This document shows, in pieces, positions 51,331 through 64,000 of a DNA stretch of 64,000 nucleotides. The translations under genes and the position numbers were made by a program. The stretch's first letter is position 1, and every line of letters begins with the position of its first letter. Below the pieces are notes generated by a model, which made no database searches, was not told the origin of the DNA, and was given only the letters and a program-made list of their open reading frames with translations. Origin of the DNA: Dendrobates tinctorius (lineage: Eukaryota); the NCBI RefSeq assembly GCF_039654945.1, contig NW_027361709.1:1302001-1366000 (forward strand), written 5' to 3'.

Positions 51331-54300
51331 TCACTGCTCGTTCTGGTGTCCGTCTGTTGCCGCAGACACGGCCCCTTGTCCCTTGTTTACATCGCTGATC
51401 ACCACCCACTGACCGTCTACCGACTCCTTCCACAAGGTCACCTAGAAACAGGAGGAGTGAAGGGGTTAATAGAGATGAAGTTAATGCACTGGCCTGCTTG
51501 GCTCTTCCGCCGTGCACCATACCTTGTTATCGCCCCCAGACACGGCCAAGATGTTGGCGGTGATGGACCAGCTCACGTGCCAGACGACATCGTTAAACTT
51601 GTGCAGCAGTTTTGGGGTCCAGCTGTTACTGGTCGGGTCGTCACAAGTCCAGATGTAAACTCTGCCATCCTGCAAAAAGACGAGAAACTCAGGACACGAC
51701 ACGCGGACCCCTCCACCATCACACCACGGACCGCCCCAGCCGGCGTTACCTGAGAACAACTGGCGATGGTGCTGGTAGGGAGACCGATAGAGGGGGCCCA
51801 GGCCACGTCTCGCACCCAGTCACTGTGCGCCTCCAGCTTCTGATCTTCCTTCCATTGCCCTTCCTCTTCCCTGCGGCACACAAGCAGAGGCCCCCGTTAT
51901 CGCCTCTATATAATCCTACCTAATAACTGGTACATTCACACGTTGCAGAAACCATTTCCTCAAGAAACTGCACCAAAATTATTGAGGATTTATCACTGAA
52001 GACTGGGTTAACATAAAATGTACATAAAAACCCCAAACTCTTTTCTCCCTCCTCCTGACACTTCCTTTTGCCAATCTCCTCCATGTGACCGATGCTGCAA
52101 CGACATTAATGCAGGAGGTCGTGTTATTTATAGAGACCGGGGAGGAGAGCGTCGCCTTATTTCTCCTAATTTACCCAATGTACAGCAGAAATTCTGCTCC
52201 AAAATCTGCAACAATGGCGGCTTGTAGTGGAAGATCGACATCACTACTGAAGTCAATTGGGGAAATCTGTGACAAACTGAGGTGGATTTAATTTCCCAGT
52301 GTCTGGATGAAATTTGTCATCCACTATGTTACTTTTCCGTGGACTGCAAACTTCTACCTGGGGGAGACTCTGCAGCGGATACACCACGTGTGAACATGAT
52401 CTATAGGTCTGATTTCTACGTATTTCATTCTGGACGCGACTTGTCTCTGTCCTACCGCTAATCCATCCAGAGAGCTGCTATGTCCAATGACATTACATGC
52501 GGTACGGACTGTGGGCGACCGTCCACCTGCTCCGACTGCCTAAATGCTGAGAGCGGAGGTATCCGCACGCACTGTAAAAACTCATGCTGCGACCAAAGGA
52601 GCGCGACTGCACCTCATCTAATAGGGGACAGGTATCACAGTGCTATGGCGGACCTGCATCATAGCCAGCAATTCAGCTGCAACCCTCTGTAAGCAGAAGT
52701 AATAGAGGATTGACTTCACTTATATGAGTCGCAGGTAAAACCTAAATTGTCACTTACCTCCAGATTTTTACCAGGTTGTCGCATCCCCCAGAGACAAACC
52801 TCTTGATGTAGTTCGGCCTCTGTCCAGAAGGCTGATCCACTAAACTGCCCGGGACGACAGAGGGAGCCCAGCTGACCGCGTTACACCCGATCTATATGTG
52901 ACAGGTACAGGAACGCCTACACTGAGACCGCAGTATGCCCCATGGAAGTCATCTTATCGTGCTTGCACTGCCCCCTACTGGTGTTATATAGTAGGGTAAA
53001 TGCACTTATTTACAGGCACTTACCGTATGAGCGTTGCTGATTTTTTTTACATCCCAGGGCCCGTCACCCGTGTAGGTGAGGAGGGAAATGGCACCATCTG
53101 AACTGCCGCAGGCCAACATCAGCCCAAAGTCGTGAGGGGCCCAGCACACAGAATTCACTGAACCGGACACAAAACAGAATTACAAGATGCAAGTATTATT
53201 TGATATCAGAACAGTTCATGGGGGAGGCAACAAGTGCAGACCATCACAACTGCTCCACTACTACCCCCATCATACAGCCAGGCGTAGTCACCTGAAGAGT
53301 CGTGGCCGGTGTACTCGTATGTCTTGTCCCAGGCCCCATTCTCTTCTTTCCATATAATAACCTTGCGGTCATAGGAGCAGGATGCCAGGATGTTTCCGTA
53401 CATGGGATGAGCCCAGGCCACCTGCCAGACTGGCCCCTCGTGTCTGCAACACAAAACCAAAGGTTGTGAAGGCGTGAAAGAAGTTCTCAAATATGGATGA
53501 CACTGAAAAATCACCACAATCAGCAGCCTATATATACACCGAACTTTCAGCAATGTTTAGGTTTGACAAAAAAAAAAGGTTTTGGAAGTGTTTATATTAA
53601 ATAATATTCATTTTAGTATTTCCAGTCTCACTTTGCTGATGACATCTATAACGTGTGGTATACAGTGTACTACTAGTCATGGCGGACCCCATTTATGTCA
53701 GGTGCCCTCCTTCTGTCAAATCACCTAGATGCTGCCATTGTTTTTGACAGTATCATTTACGGAGTTAAATGACTGAGATCAGAGAAGATTAAAACTTTCT
53801 TGATCCCGGACGTACGACATTCACCAACTGTGCACTCTGGAGTGCAGCTACATGAAGGAGGGGGGACGGTATTACAACTGGTTACTGTCACAGACTGATG
53901 GCACATGCCCTGGAATACATGGGGGTCCGACCACTGAAACTGACACCAATCCTGAGAACTGGGGTCATTTTTCCTCCGGGGCCTGTTTTATGGATTGTTG
54001 GCTTCCAGTCAAGAGTTCAGCCTCGTGCCTTATGAGAGCACTGGGTCTGCATTACGTAAAGGTCGGCCTCGCTCACCCCCGCAGATCAGCTATCAGGATC
54101 TGACCGCCATTCTTTACATCAAAGATCTTCACGGATCGATCGGAGGAGCAGGTGGCCAGACGAGTGCCGTAATAATCCATCTGAGCGTCGTGCTGAAAAG
54201 ATAAGAGCGGGATGTTCTTGTAAATCGTCCAAATACACAAAGGACTAACACAATAAAAAAGACTCAGGAGCTGTATGAAAGGGAACACAGGCACTACTGA

Positions 54301-57300
54301 CGGCAGGGGTAGAGCTGCACATTCTGACCACCAATGGATAGAACACAGCAGGTCATGCACTGTGAAAACCAGGGGGCAGCAATCTGCACTTCCACCAATT
54401 GGGCCGAGTCATGGTGGTCGCACAAGCTCAGACACTCTCCCCAGGTCTCTTCATATTGACCCTCTGGTCACTACACGCAGCCAAAAGGAATAGCTGTCTC
54501 CCCAATTGTCAGGGAAGAAGTTTCGGCAGCACATGGTAGTACAGCTGAGCTTCTGCGGGGGAAATAAGAAACTGCTATATTCTCAGCTGCCAGAGGGAAA
54601 TGGAGACTCATTCTGACCAGAGCCAACCTCCAGCAGAACAAAGGGGGACACACAGGAGCCATTAGCAGCATTTCAGGGCTCCTCACATTACATGTTTGCT
54701 CTGGCTGCCGAAAGCTGCTTGTTTCCTGTACACAGCACCAGATGAAATCTCTAAAGGTAAATGTCAGGTAAGAAGCCGGATTGTCCACTCACAATCATAT
54801 CCTCGTGGGAGGTGTCCACAGTGTTGATTACGGAAACCTGAGAAAAAGAAAAGTTGGAGGTCAGATGACGAGTCTGAGTACACAGGTGACACATGGACCG
54901 TCCCTTACAGCACAGACCCGTGTACCATCAGGGACCAGCCCCGCACCCACTACAACAAGCACTGTGGCCAGCTACACCTGCAGCCCCGCATAAGGATGCC
55001 GCCCCACCCGCAGCCCCATGTACAATGGCTTGCAAAACTATTCACTCCCTTGGCTTTTTACCTATTTTGCTACATTACAACCTGTGTTTAGCTATTTTTG
55101 TCATCTGGTTTGTGGGTCGAGGCATCAGCACTAAATAGTCTACGTTGAAATGAGAAAAATATAGGCATACATTAAATTGTGATGTACATATGTATTTACA
55201 CCTTTTGTGATGAAACTTCCCAAAAAATTTCTGGTGCAAGGAATTCCCTTCATAAGTCCCATGCTTAGTGACAGGACGTCCCCATGAGTGCAAGCTAAGT
55301 GTCACATATCTCTCAGTATATACACTTTACCTCTTCTGAAAGGCCACAGAGGCTGCAACAAGAGGCTCCACTAACCAAACAGCACCACGAAGACCAAAGA
55401 GATCTCCAAACAACACCACGAAGACCAAAGAGATCTCCAAACAACACCACGAAGACCAAAGAGATCTCCAAACAACACCACGAAGACCAAAGAGATCTCC
55501 AAACAACACCACGAAGACCAAAGAGATCTCCAAACAACACCACGAAGACCAAAGAGATCTCCAAACAACACCACGAAGACCAAAGAGATCTCCAAACAAC
55601 ACCACGAAGACCAAAGAGATCTCCAAACAACACCACGAAGACCAAAGAGATCTCCAAACAACACCACGAAGACCAAAGAGATCTCCAAACAACACCACGA
55701 AGACCAAAGAGATCTCCAAACAACACCACGAAGACCAAAGAGATCTCCAAACAACACCACGAAGACCAAAGAGATCTCCAAACAGCACCACGAAGACCAA
55801 GGAGATCTCCAAACAACACCACGAAGACCAAGGAGATCTCCAAACAACACCACGAAGACCAAGGAGATCTCCAAACACCACCACGAAGACCAAGGAGATC
55901 TCCAAACACCACCACGAAGACCAAGGAGATCTCCAAACACCACCACGAAGACCAAGGAGATCTCCAAACACCACCACGAAGACCAAGGAGATCTCCAAAC
56001 AACACCACGAAGACCAAGGAGATCTCCAAACACCACCACGAAGACCAAGGAGATCTCCAAACAACACCACGAAGACCAAGGAGATCTCCAAACAACACCA
56101 TGAAGACCAAGGAGATCTCCAAACAAGTCAGGGTTGGGTTATAAAAAAAAAAAAAAATCTCACAATCTCTGATGATCCCCCGAAGCACCATCAAATCCAC
56201 TAATCAATGGAAAAAACAGGGCACCACATCAAACCCGCCATGAGAGGGCCGCCCACCAAAACTCTCAGCCCGGGCAAGGAGGACATTAGTCAGAGAGGCA
56301 GCACAGAGACCAAAACGTAACCCTGAAGGAGCTGCAGAATTCCCAAGCCGAGACTGGAGCATCTGTCCATATGACTACAATTAGCCATGCACTCCATAGA
56401 GGTGGCCTTTATGGAAGTGTGGGCAGGAAAAAGCCTTTACTTACACACAAAAATTGTAAGGTTCATTTTCAGTTTGCTAAAAAGACATGTGGGAGACTCC
56501 CCGAATGTATGGATGAAGGTGCTGAGGTCATAAGAGACTAAAATTGAGCTCTTTGGCTACCAAGGTAAACACCATGTCTCGCATCAAACCAACACAGCTC
56601 ATCACCCCAAGAACAACATCCCCACAGTGAAACATGGTGGTGGCAGCATCATGCTGTGGGATGTTTTTCGGCGGCAGGGAAAATAGTCTAAGTTGGAGTG
56701 AAGATGCATGGTGTGATATACATGGATATTCCTGCGTAAAACCTGTTTCAAAGTCTGTCCGTGATGTGAGACGGGGCGGAGGTTCACCTTCCAACAAGAC
56801 AATGACCCAAAGCATACTGCTAAAGCAACACTCAAGTGGTGTAAGGGGAAACATGTAAATGTTCTGGAGACTGGAGAATCCGTGGTCAGACGTGAAGGTC
56901 GCTGTTCACCAGAGGAAACATCTAACCTGAGGAAGCTGGAGCAGTTTGGCCTTGAGGAATGAACAAAAATCTCCGTGGTCAGATGTGGAAAGCTCAGAGA
57001 GACGTGTCTAAAGTGAGTGCGGTCGTGACTGCCGCAAAAGGAGGCTCTACAAAGTACTGACTGGAGGGGGTGAATAGTTATGCACACTGACGTTTCCAAT
57101 TATTTTCTCTTATTTGTTGTTTGCTTCACAATAAAACAAAATGTTCTCCGTTGTCGGCATGTTCTGTACATGAGCTGATGCAGAACCTCAAGAAAACAGA
57201 ATGGGGAAATTCCCGGTAGTGAGGTAGCAGCCCCAAGTAAAAATGATGTATCTTCTGCAACCCTATGTAAGAACGATCTCACCTGCAGTCCTGCCAGAAT

Positions 57301-57774
57301 GCTGCCTCAAATGCAGCCCTAAGAATAGATTTCATCTCACCAACAGCCCTATGTAAATGTCACATCACTTGTAGAAAAACTGGAGTGCAATATGCAGTCC
57401 TATGTAAATGTATATACCCTGCAGTCCTAAGTAGATTTATCATCTTACCTGCACTTTTATGTAAAAACTGTTATCCGCAGTCCTATGTAAATGTCATACA
57501 TTATCCGCAGTCCTATGTAAATGCTGCCCTCACTCCTATGTAGATAGATCACTGTTCTCGCAGTCCTACGTAAGAATATAACGTCACCTACAGGTCTATG
57601 TAAGTATAACACCCTGCCCGCAGTCCCATGTAAGAGCAGAACTTGGCTCCACCTGCACGCGGTGTCCCCGGCCTCCCCTCCCCGGCTGTGGCGCCATCAC
57701 TCCGGGAGCCCCGGCCTAGTCTTCCGCCCTCTGCGGCCGCTCGGGGTGCGCACCGCGGGGATGATACGCACCAT
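51331..57774 (-). CDS. SEC13: Protein SEC13 homolog (WD40; COPII / nuclear pore / GATOR2), 320 aa
   Basis: Coding exons 57774-57772 (ATG only), 54837-54793, 54192-54077, 53443-53292, 53157-53024, 52891-52758, 51870-51750, 51669-51523, 51441-51331. Translation [40 protein letters not shown]...[12 protein letters not shown]...QNEQ*. AATAAA at 50876-50871. Confidence 0.98.
55023..57240 (+). mobile_element. Decayed Tc1 transposon in SEC13 intron 1
   Basis: TA then caatggcttgcaaaactattcactccc left end. Frameshifted transposase relic 56100-57060 ([37 protein letters not shown]). Right end approximate. Confidence 0.88.
55378..56126. repeat. 31-bp tandem array (~24 copies) derived from the Tc1 start-codon region
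   Basis: Unit acaacaccacgaagaccaa(a/g)gagatctccaa; the last copy has ATG and continues into the transposase. Confidence 0.95.
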
Positions 57775-57900
57775 GGTGCCGCCGTGCTCTCCGCCTCGTC
57801 GGTGTCTGTCAGACGTGGCAACTCCCGGCGCCTCCAGCGGCTTCTGCACTTCCGGCAGCGCAGAGCGGCTTCCGGTCCGGGTAGGGAAAGTTTCCAGAGG
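57775..57900 (-). promoter_or_regulatory. SEC13 5'UTR and CpG-island promoter with ETS motifs
   Basis: GC/CpG-rich; CCGGAAGT (57855-57848) and CCGGAAGC (57875-57868) on the minus strand; Kozak-like ggcaccATG. Confidence 0.65.
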
Positions 57901-57976
57901 ACAAAGGTTCCGCGCACAGCTGTGGATGCAGAGTCCTGTGTGCCCCGATAATGTGTCCCTCGATGTAATCACCTCA

Positions 57977-60900
57977 CAGGACAGGGGACAGGAGGCAGAG
58001 GGCAGAACAGGAGACAGAGGGCAGAAGACGGGACAGAGGGCGGGATAGGAGACAGAGGGCAGGAGGCAGGGGGAAGAACAGGAGACAGAGGGCAGAAGAC
58101 GGGACAGAGGGCGGGATAGGAGACAGAGGGCAGGAGGAAGAACAGGAGACAGAGGGCAGAAGACAGAGGGCAGAGGATAGGAGACAGAGGGCAGGAGGCA
58201 GGGGGCAGAACACGGGACAGAGGACAGGAGACAGAGGGCAGAGGATAGGAGACAGAGGGCAGGAGACAGAGGACAGGAGACAGAGGGCCGGGGATAGGAG
58301 ACAGAGGACAGGAGACAGAGGGCGGGATAGGAGACAGAGGACAGGAGGCAGGGGGAAGAACAGGAGACAGAGGGCAGAAGACGGGACAGAGGGCGGGATA
58401 GGAGACAGAGGGCAGGAGGAAGAACAGGAGACAGAGGGCAGAGGACAGGAGGCAGAGGACAGGAGACAGAGGGCAGAAGACGGGACAGAGGGCGGGATAG
58501 GAGACAGAGGGCAGGAGGCAGGGGGAAGAACAGGAGACAGAGGGCAGAAGACGGGACAGAGGGCGGGATAGGAGACAGAGGGCAGGAGACAGAGGGCAGA
58601 ACACGGGACAGAGGACAGGAGACAGAGGGCAGAGGATAGGAGACAGAGGGCAGGAGACAGAGGGCAGGAGACAGAGGGCCGGGGATAGGAGACAGAGGAC
58701 AGGAGACAGAGGGCAGGGGATAGGAGACAGAGGGCAGGAGGAAGAACAGGAGACAGAGGGCAGAACACGGGACAGAGGGCGGGATAGGAGACAGAGGACA
58801 GGAGGCAGGGGGAAGAACAGGAGACAGAGGGCAGAAGACGGGACAGAGGGCGGGATAGGAGACAGAGGGCAGGAGGCAGGAGGAAGAACAGGAGACAGAG
58901 GGCAGAAGACGGGACAGAGGGCGGGATAGGAGACAGAGGGCAGGAGGCAGGGGGAAGAACAGGAGACAGAGGGCAGAAGACGGGACAGAGGGCGGGATAG
59001 GAGACAGAGGGCAGGAGACAGAGGGCAGAACACGGGACAGAGGACAGGAGACAGAGGGCAGAGGATAGGAGACAGAGGGCAGGAGACAGAGACAGAGGGC
59101 AGGAGACAGAGGGCCGGGGATAGGAGACAGAGCGCAGAACACGGGACAGAGGATAGGGGATAGGAGACAGAGGGCAGAAGACGGGACAGAGGACAGGAGA
59201 CAGAGGACAGGGGATAGGAGCCAGAGGACAAGAGACAGAGGGCAGGGGATAGGAGCCAGAGGACAGGAGACAGAGGGCAGGAGGCAGGGGGAAGAACAGG
59301 AGACAGAGGGCAGAACACGGGACAGAGGACAGGAGACAGAGGGCAGAGGATAGGAGACAGAGGGCAGAGGACAGGAGGCAAGGGATAGGAGACAGAGGGC
59401 AGAGGACAGGAGGCAAGGGATAGGAGACAGAGGGCAGAACACGGGACAGAGGGCAGAACACGGGACAGAGGACAGGAGACAGAGGGCAGAGGATAGGAGA
59501 CAGAGGGCAGGAGACAGAGGGCAGGGGATAGGAGACAGAGGGCAGAACACGGGACAGAGGGCAGGGGATAGGAGACAGAGGACAGGAGACAGAGGGCAGG
59601 GGATAGGAGACAGAGGGCAGGAGACAGAGGGCAGAACACGGGACAGAGGGCAGAACACGGGACAGAGGACAGGAAACAGAGGGCAGAGGATAGGAGACAG
59701 AGGACAGGAGACAGAGGGCAGGAGACAGAGACAGAGGGCAGGAGACAGAGGGCAGGGGATAGGAGACAGAGCGCAGAACACGGGACAGAGGATAGGGGAT
59801 AGGAGACAGAGGGCAGGAGACAGAGGGCAGAAGACGGGACAGAGGACAGGAGACAGAGGACAGGGGATAGGAGCCAGAGGACAAGAGACAGAGGGCAGGG
59901 GATAGGAGCCAGAGGACAGGAGACAGAGGGCAGGAGGCAGGGGGAAGAACAGGAGACAGAGGGCAGAACACGGGACAGAGGGCAGAACACGGGACAGAGG
60001 ACAGGAGACAGAGGGCAGAGGACAGGAGGCAAGGGATAGGAGACAGAGGGCAGAACACGGGACAGAGGGCAGAACACGGGACAGAGGACAGGAGACAGAG
60101 GGCAGAGGATAGGAGACAGAGCGCAGAACACGGGACAGAGGATAGGGGGATAGGAGACAGAGGGCAGAAGACGGGACAGAGGACAGGAGACAGAGGACAG
60201 GGGATAGGAGCCAGAGGACAAGAGACAGAGGGCAGGGGATAGGAGCCAGAGGACAGGAGACAGAGGGCAGGAGGCAGGGGGAAGAACAGGAGACAGAGGG
60301 CAGAACACGGGACAGAGGACAGGAGACAGAGGACAGGAGGCAGGGGATAGGAGACAGAGGGCAGAGGACAGGAGGCAAGGGATAGGAGACAGAGGGCAGA
60401 ACACGGGACAGAGGGCAGAACACGGGACAGAGGACAGGAGACAGAGGGCAGAGGATAGGAGACAGAGGGCAGGAGACAGAGGGCAGGGGATAGGAGACAG
60501 AGGGCAGAACACGGGACAGAGGGCAGGGGATAGGAGACAGAGGACAGGAGACAGAGGGCAGGGGATAGGAGACAGAGGGCAGGAGACAGAGGGCAGAACA
60601 CGGGACAGAGGGCAGAACACGGGACAGAGGACAGGAAACAGAGGGCAGAGGATAGGAGACAGAGGACAGGAGACAGAGGGCAGGAGACAGAGACAGAGGG
60701 CAGGAGACAGAGGGCAGGGGATAGGAGACAGAGCGCAGAACACGGGACAGAGGATAGGGGATAGGAGACAGAGGGCAGGAGACAGAGGGCAGAAGACGGG
60801 ACAGAGGACAGGAGACAGAGGACAGGGGATAGGAGCCAGAGGACAAGAGACAGAGGGCAGGGGATAGGAGCCAGAGGACAGGAGACAGAGGGCAGGAGGC

Positions 60901-63900
60901 AGGGGGAAGAACAGGAGACAGAGGGCAGAACACGGGACAGAGGGCAGAACACGGGACAGAGGACAGGAGACAGAGGGCAGAGGACAGGAGGCAAGGGATA
61001 GGAGACAGAGGGCAGAACACGGGACAGAGGGCAGAACACGGGACAGAGGACAGGAGACAGAGGGCAGAGGATAGGAGACAGAGGACAGGAGACAGAGGGC
61101 AGGGGATAGGAGACAGAGGGCAGAACACGGGACAGAGGGCAGAGGACAGGAGACAGAGGGCAGGGGATAGGAGACAGAGAGCAGGAAACAGAGGGCAGAA
61201 CACGGGACAGAGGGCAGGGGATAGGAGACAGAGGATAGGGGATAGGAGACAGAGGGCAGGGGACAGGAGACAGAGGGCAGAAGACGGGACAGAGGACAGG
61301 GGATAGGAGCCAGAGGACAAGAGATAGAGGGCAGGGGATAGGAGCCAGAGGACAGAGGGCAGGAGGCAGGAGGAAGAACAGGAGACAGAGGGCAGAACAC
61401 GGGACAGAGGGCAGGGGATAGGAGACAGAGGGCAGAACACGGGACAGAGGACAGGAGACAGAGGGCAGAGGACAGGAGGCAAGGGATAGGAGACAGAGGG
61501 CAGAACACGGGACAGAGGGCAGAACATGGGACAGAGGACAGGAGACAGAGGGCAGAGGATAGGAGACAGAGGACAGGAGACAGAGGGCAGGAGACAGAGG
61601 GCAGGGGATAGGAGACAGAGGGCAGAACACGGGACAGAGGGCAGGAGACAGAGGACAGGGGATAGGAGCCAGAGGACAAGAGATAGAGGGCAGGGGATAG
61701 GAGCCAGAGGACAGGAGACAGAGGGCAGGAGGCAGGGGGAAGAACAGGAGACAGAGGGCAGAACACGGGACAGAGGGCAGGGGATAGGAGACAGAGGGCA
61801 GAACACGGGACAGAGGACAGGAGACAGAGGGCAGAGGACAGGAGGCAAGGGATAGGAGACAGAGGGCAGAACACGGGACAGGGCAGAACATGGGACAGAG
61901 GACAGGAGACAGAGGGCAGAGGATAGGAGACAGAGGACAGGAGACAGAGGGCAGGAGACAGAGGGCAGGGGATAGGAGACAGAGGGCAGAACACGGGACA
62001 GAGGGCAGGGGATAGGAGACAGAGGACAGGAGACAGAGGGCAGGGGATAGGAGACAGAGGGCAGGAAACAGAGGGCAGAACACGGGACAGAGGGCAGGGG
62101 ATAGGAGACAGAGGATAGGGGATAGGAGACAGAGGGCAGGGGACAGGAGACAGAGGGCAGAAGACGGGACAGAGGACAGGAGACAGAGGACAGGGGATAG
62201 GAGCCAGAGGACAGGAGACAGAGGGCAGGGGATAGGAGCCAGAGGACAGGAGACAGAGGGCAGGAGGCAGGGGGAAGGAGACAGAGGGCAGGGGATAGGA
62301 GACAGAGCGCAGAACACGGGACAGAGGATAGGGGATAGGAGACAGAGGGCAGGGGACAGAAGACAGAGGGCAGAAGACGGGACAGAGGACAGGAGACAGA
62401 GGACAGGGGATAGGAGCCAGAGGACAAGAGACAGAGGGCAGGGGATAGGAGCCAGAGGACAGGAGACAGAGGGCAGGAGGCAGGGGGAAGAACAGGAGAC
62501 AGAGGGCAGAACACGGGACAGAGGGCAGGGGATAGGAGACAGAGGGCAGAACACGGGACAGAGGACAGGAGGCAGAGGACAGGAGGCAGGGGATAGGAGA
62601 CAGAGGGCAGAACACGGGACAGAGGGCAGAACACGGGACAGAGGACAGGAGACAGAGGGCAGAGGATAGGAGACAGAGGGCAGGAGACAGAGGGCAGGGG
62701 ATAGGAGACAGGGCAGAACACGGGACAGAGGGCAGGGGATAGGAGACAGAGGACAGGAGACAGAGGGCAGGGGATAGGAGACAGAGGGCAGGGAATAGGA
62801 GACAGAGGACAGGAAACAGAGGGCAGAACACGGGACAGAGGGCAGGGGATAGGAGACAGAGGATAGGGGATAGGGCAGGGGACAGGAGACAGAGGGCAGA
62901 AGACGGGACAGAGGACAGGAGACAGAGGACAGGGGATAGGAGCCAGAGGACAGGAGACAGAGGGCAGGGGATAGGAGCCAGAGGACAGGAGACAGAGGGC
63001 AGGAGGCAGGGGGAAGAACAGGAGACAGAGGGCAGAACACGGGACAGAGGGCAGGGGATAGGAGACAGAGGGCAGAACACGGGACAGAGGACAGGAGACA
63101 GAGGGCAGAGGACAGGAGGCAGGGGATAGGAGACAGAGGGCAGAACACGGGACAGAGGGCAGAACACGGGACAGAGGACAGGAGACAGAGGGCAGAGGAT
63201 AGGAGACAGAGGGCAGGAGACAGAGGGCAGGGGATAGGAGACAGAGGGCAGAACACGGGACAGAGGGCAGGGGTTAGGAGACAGAGGACAGGAGACAGAG
63301 GGCAGAACACGGGACAGAGGGCAGGGGATAGGAGACAGAGGATAGGGGATAGGAGACAGAGGGCAGGAGACAGAGGGCAGAAGACGGGACAGAGGACAGG
63401 GGATAGGAGCCAGAGGACAAGAGACAGAGGGCAGGGGATAGGAGCCAGAGGACAGGAGACAGAGGGCAGGAGGCAGGGGGAAGAACAGGAGACAGAGGGC
63501 AGAACACGGGACAGAGGGCAGGGGATAGGAGACAGAGGGCAGAACACGGGACAGAGGACAGGAGACAGAGGGCAGAGGACAGGAGGCAAGGGATAGGAGA
63601 CAGAGGGCAGAACACGGGACAGAGGACAGGAGACAGAGGGCAGAGGATAGGAGACAGAGGGCAGGAGACAGAGGGCAGGGGATAGGAGACAGAGGGCAGA
63701 ACACGGGACAGAGGGCAGGGGATAGGAGACAGAGGACAGGAGACAGAGGGCAGGGGATAGGAGACAGAGGGCAGGAAACAGAGGGCAGAACACGGGACAG
63801 AGGGCAGGGGATAGGAGACAGAGGATAGGGGATAGGAGACAGAGGGCAGAAGACGGGACAGAGGACAGGAGACAGAGGACAGGGGATAGGAGCCAGAGGA

Positions 63901-64000
63901 CAAGAGACAGAGGGCAGGGGATAGGAGCCAGAGGACAGGAGACAGAGGGCAGGAGGCAGGAGGCAGGGGGAAGAACAGGAGACAGAGGGCAGAACACGGG
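57977..64000. repeat. Complex purine-rich satellite (>6 kb, runs off the window)
   Basis: Built from heptamers (GGAGACA, GAGGGCA, GAGGACA, GGAGGCA, GGGGATA, GAACACG) and pentamers (GGACA, GGATA, GAACA); T nearly absent from the + strand. Confidence 0.97.

Noticed and set aside
55299-56200. 250-295 aa ORFs on both strands
   Set aside because: Translations of the 31-bp array inside a dead Tc1.
57697-63997. Three 1600-2000 aa minus-strand ORFs (Cys/Pro/Leu/Ser-rich)
   Set aside because: Stop-free only because the satellite almost lacks the bases needed for minus-strand stops; all three frames are open and there is no domain structure.

Overview
Vertebrate genomic DNA, most likely a frog (inferred from the ghrelin sequence and repeat landscape; species not determinable). 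It carries the conserved gene block IRAK2(+) - TATDN2(+) - GHRL(-) - SEC13(-); I reconstructed all four genes exon by exon using GT-AG sites and frame continuity. Upstream of IRAK2 is a pseudogenised partial duplicate of the TATDN2 5' region. The rest is repeat-rich: three Tc1 transposons (one intact, one with a single nonsense codon, one decayed with an internal 31-bp array), a decayed Ngaro/DIRS-type tyrosine-recombinase retroelement with an SGNH-hydrolase ORF, a 5'-truncated L2-type LINE, Penelope-like fragments with hammerhead-ribozyme motifs, MITEs, several minisatellites (86, 57, 51, 49, 45 and 31 bp) and a >6-kb purine-rich satellite next to the SEC13 promoter. Most notable: (1) the ghrelin precursor has a Gly-Arg-Arg amidation signal, as in teleost ghrelins, plus an internal Gly-Lys-Lys; (2) an in-frame TAA interrupts the last IRAK2 exon and also forms an alternative acceptor that would restore the frame; (3) the TATDN2 duplicate suggests an IRAK2 tandem duplication; (4) an intact DD34E Tc1 element; (5) a U3-A8 variant hammerhead inside an inverted repeat. 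Comparisons with human, bullfrog and fish proteins are from recall, not database searches. Most long ORFs in the supplied track are repeat artefacts.
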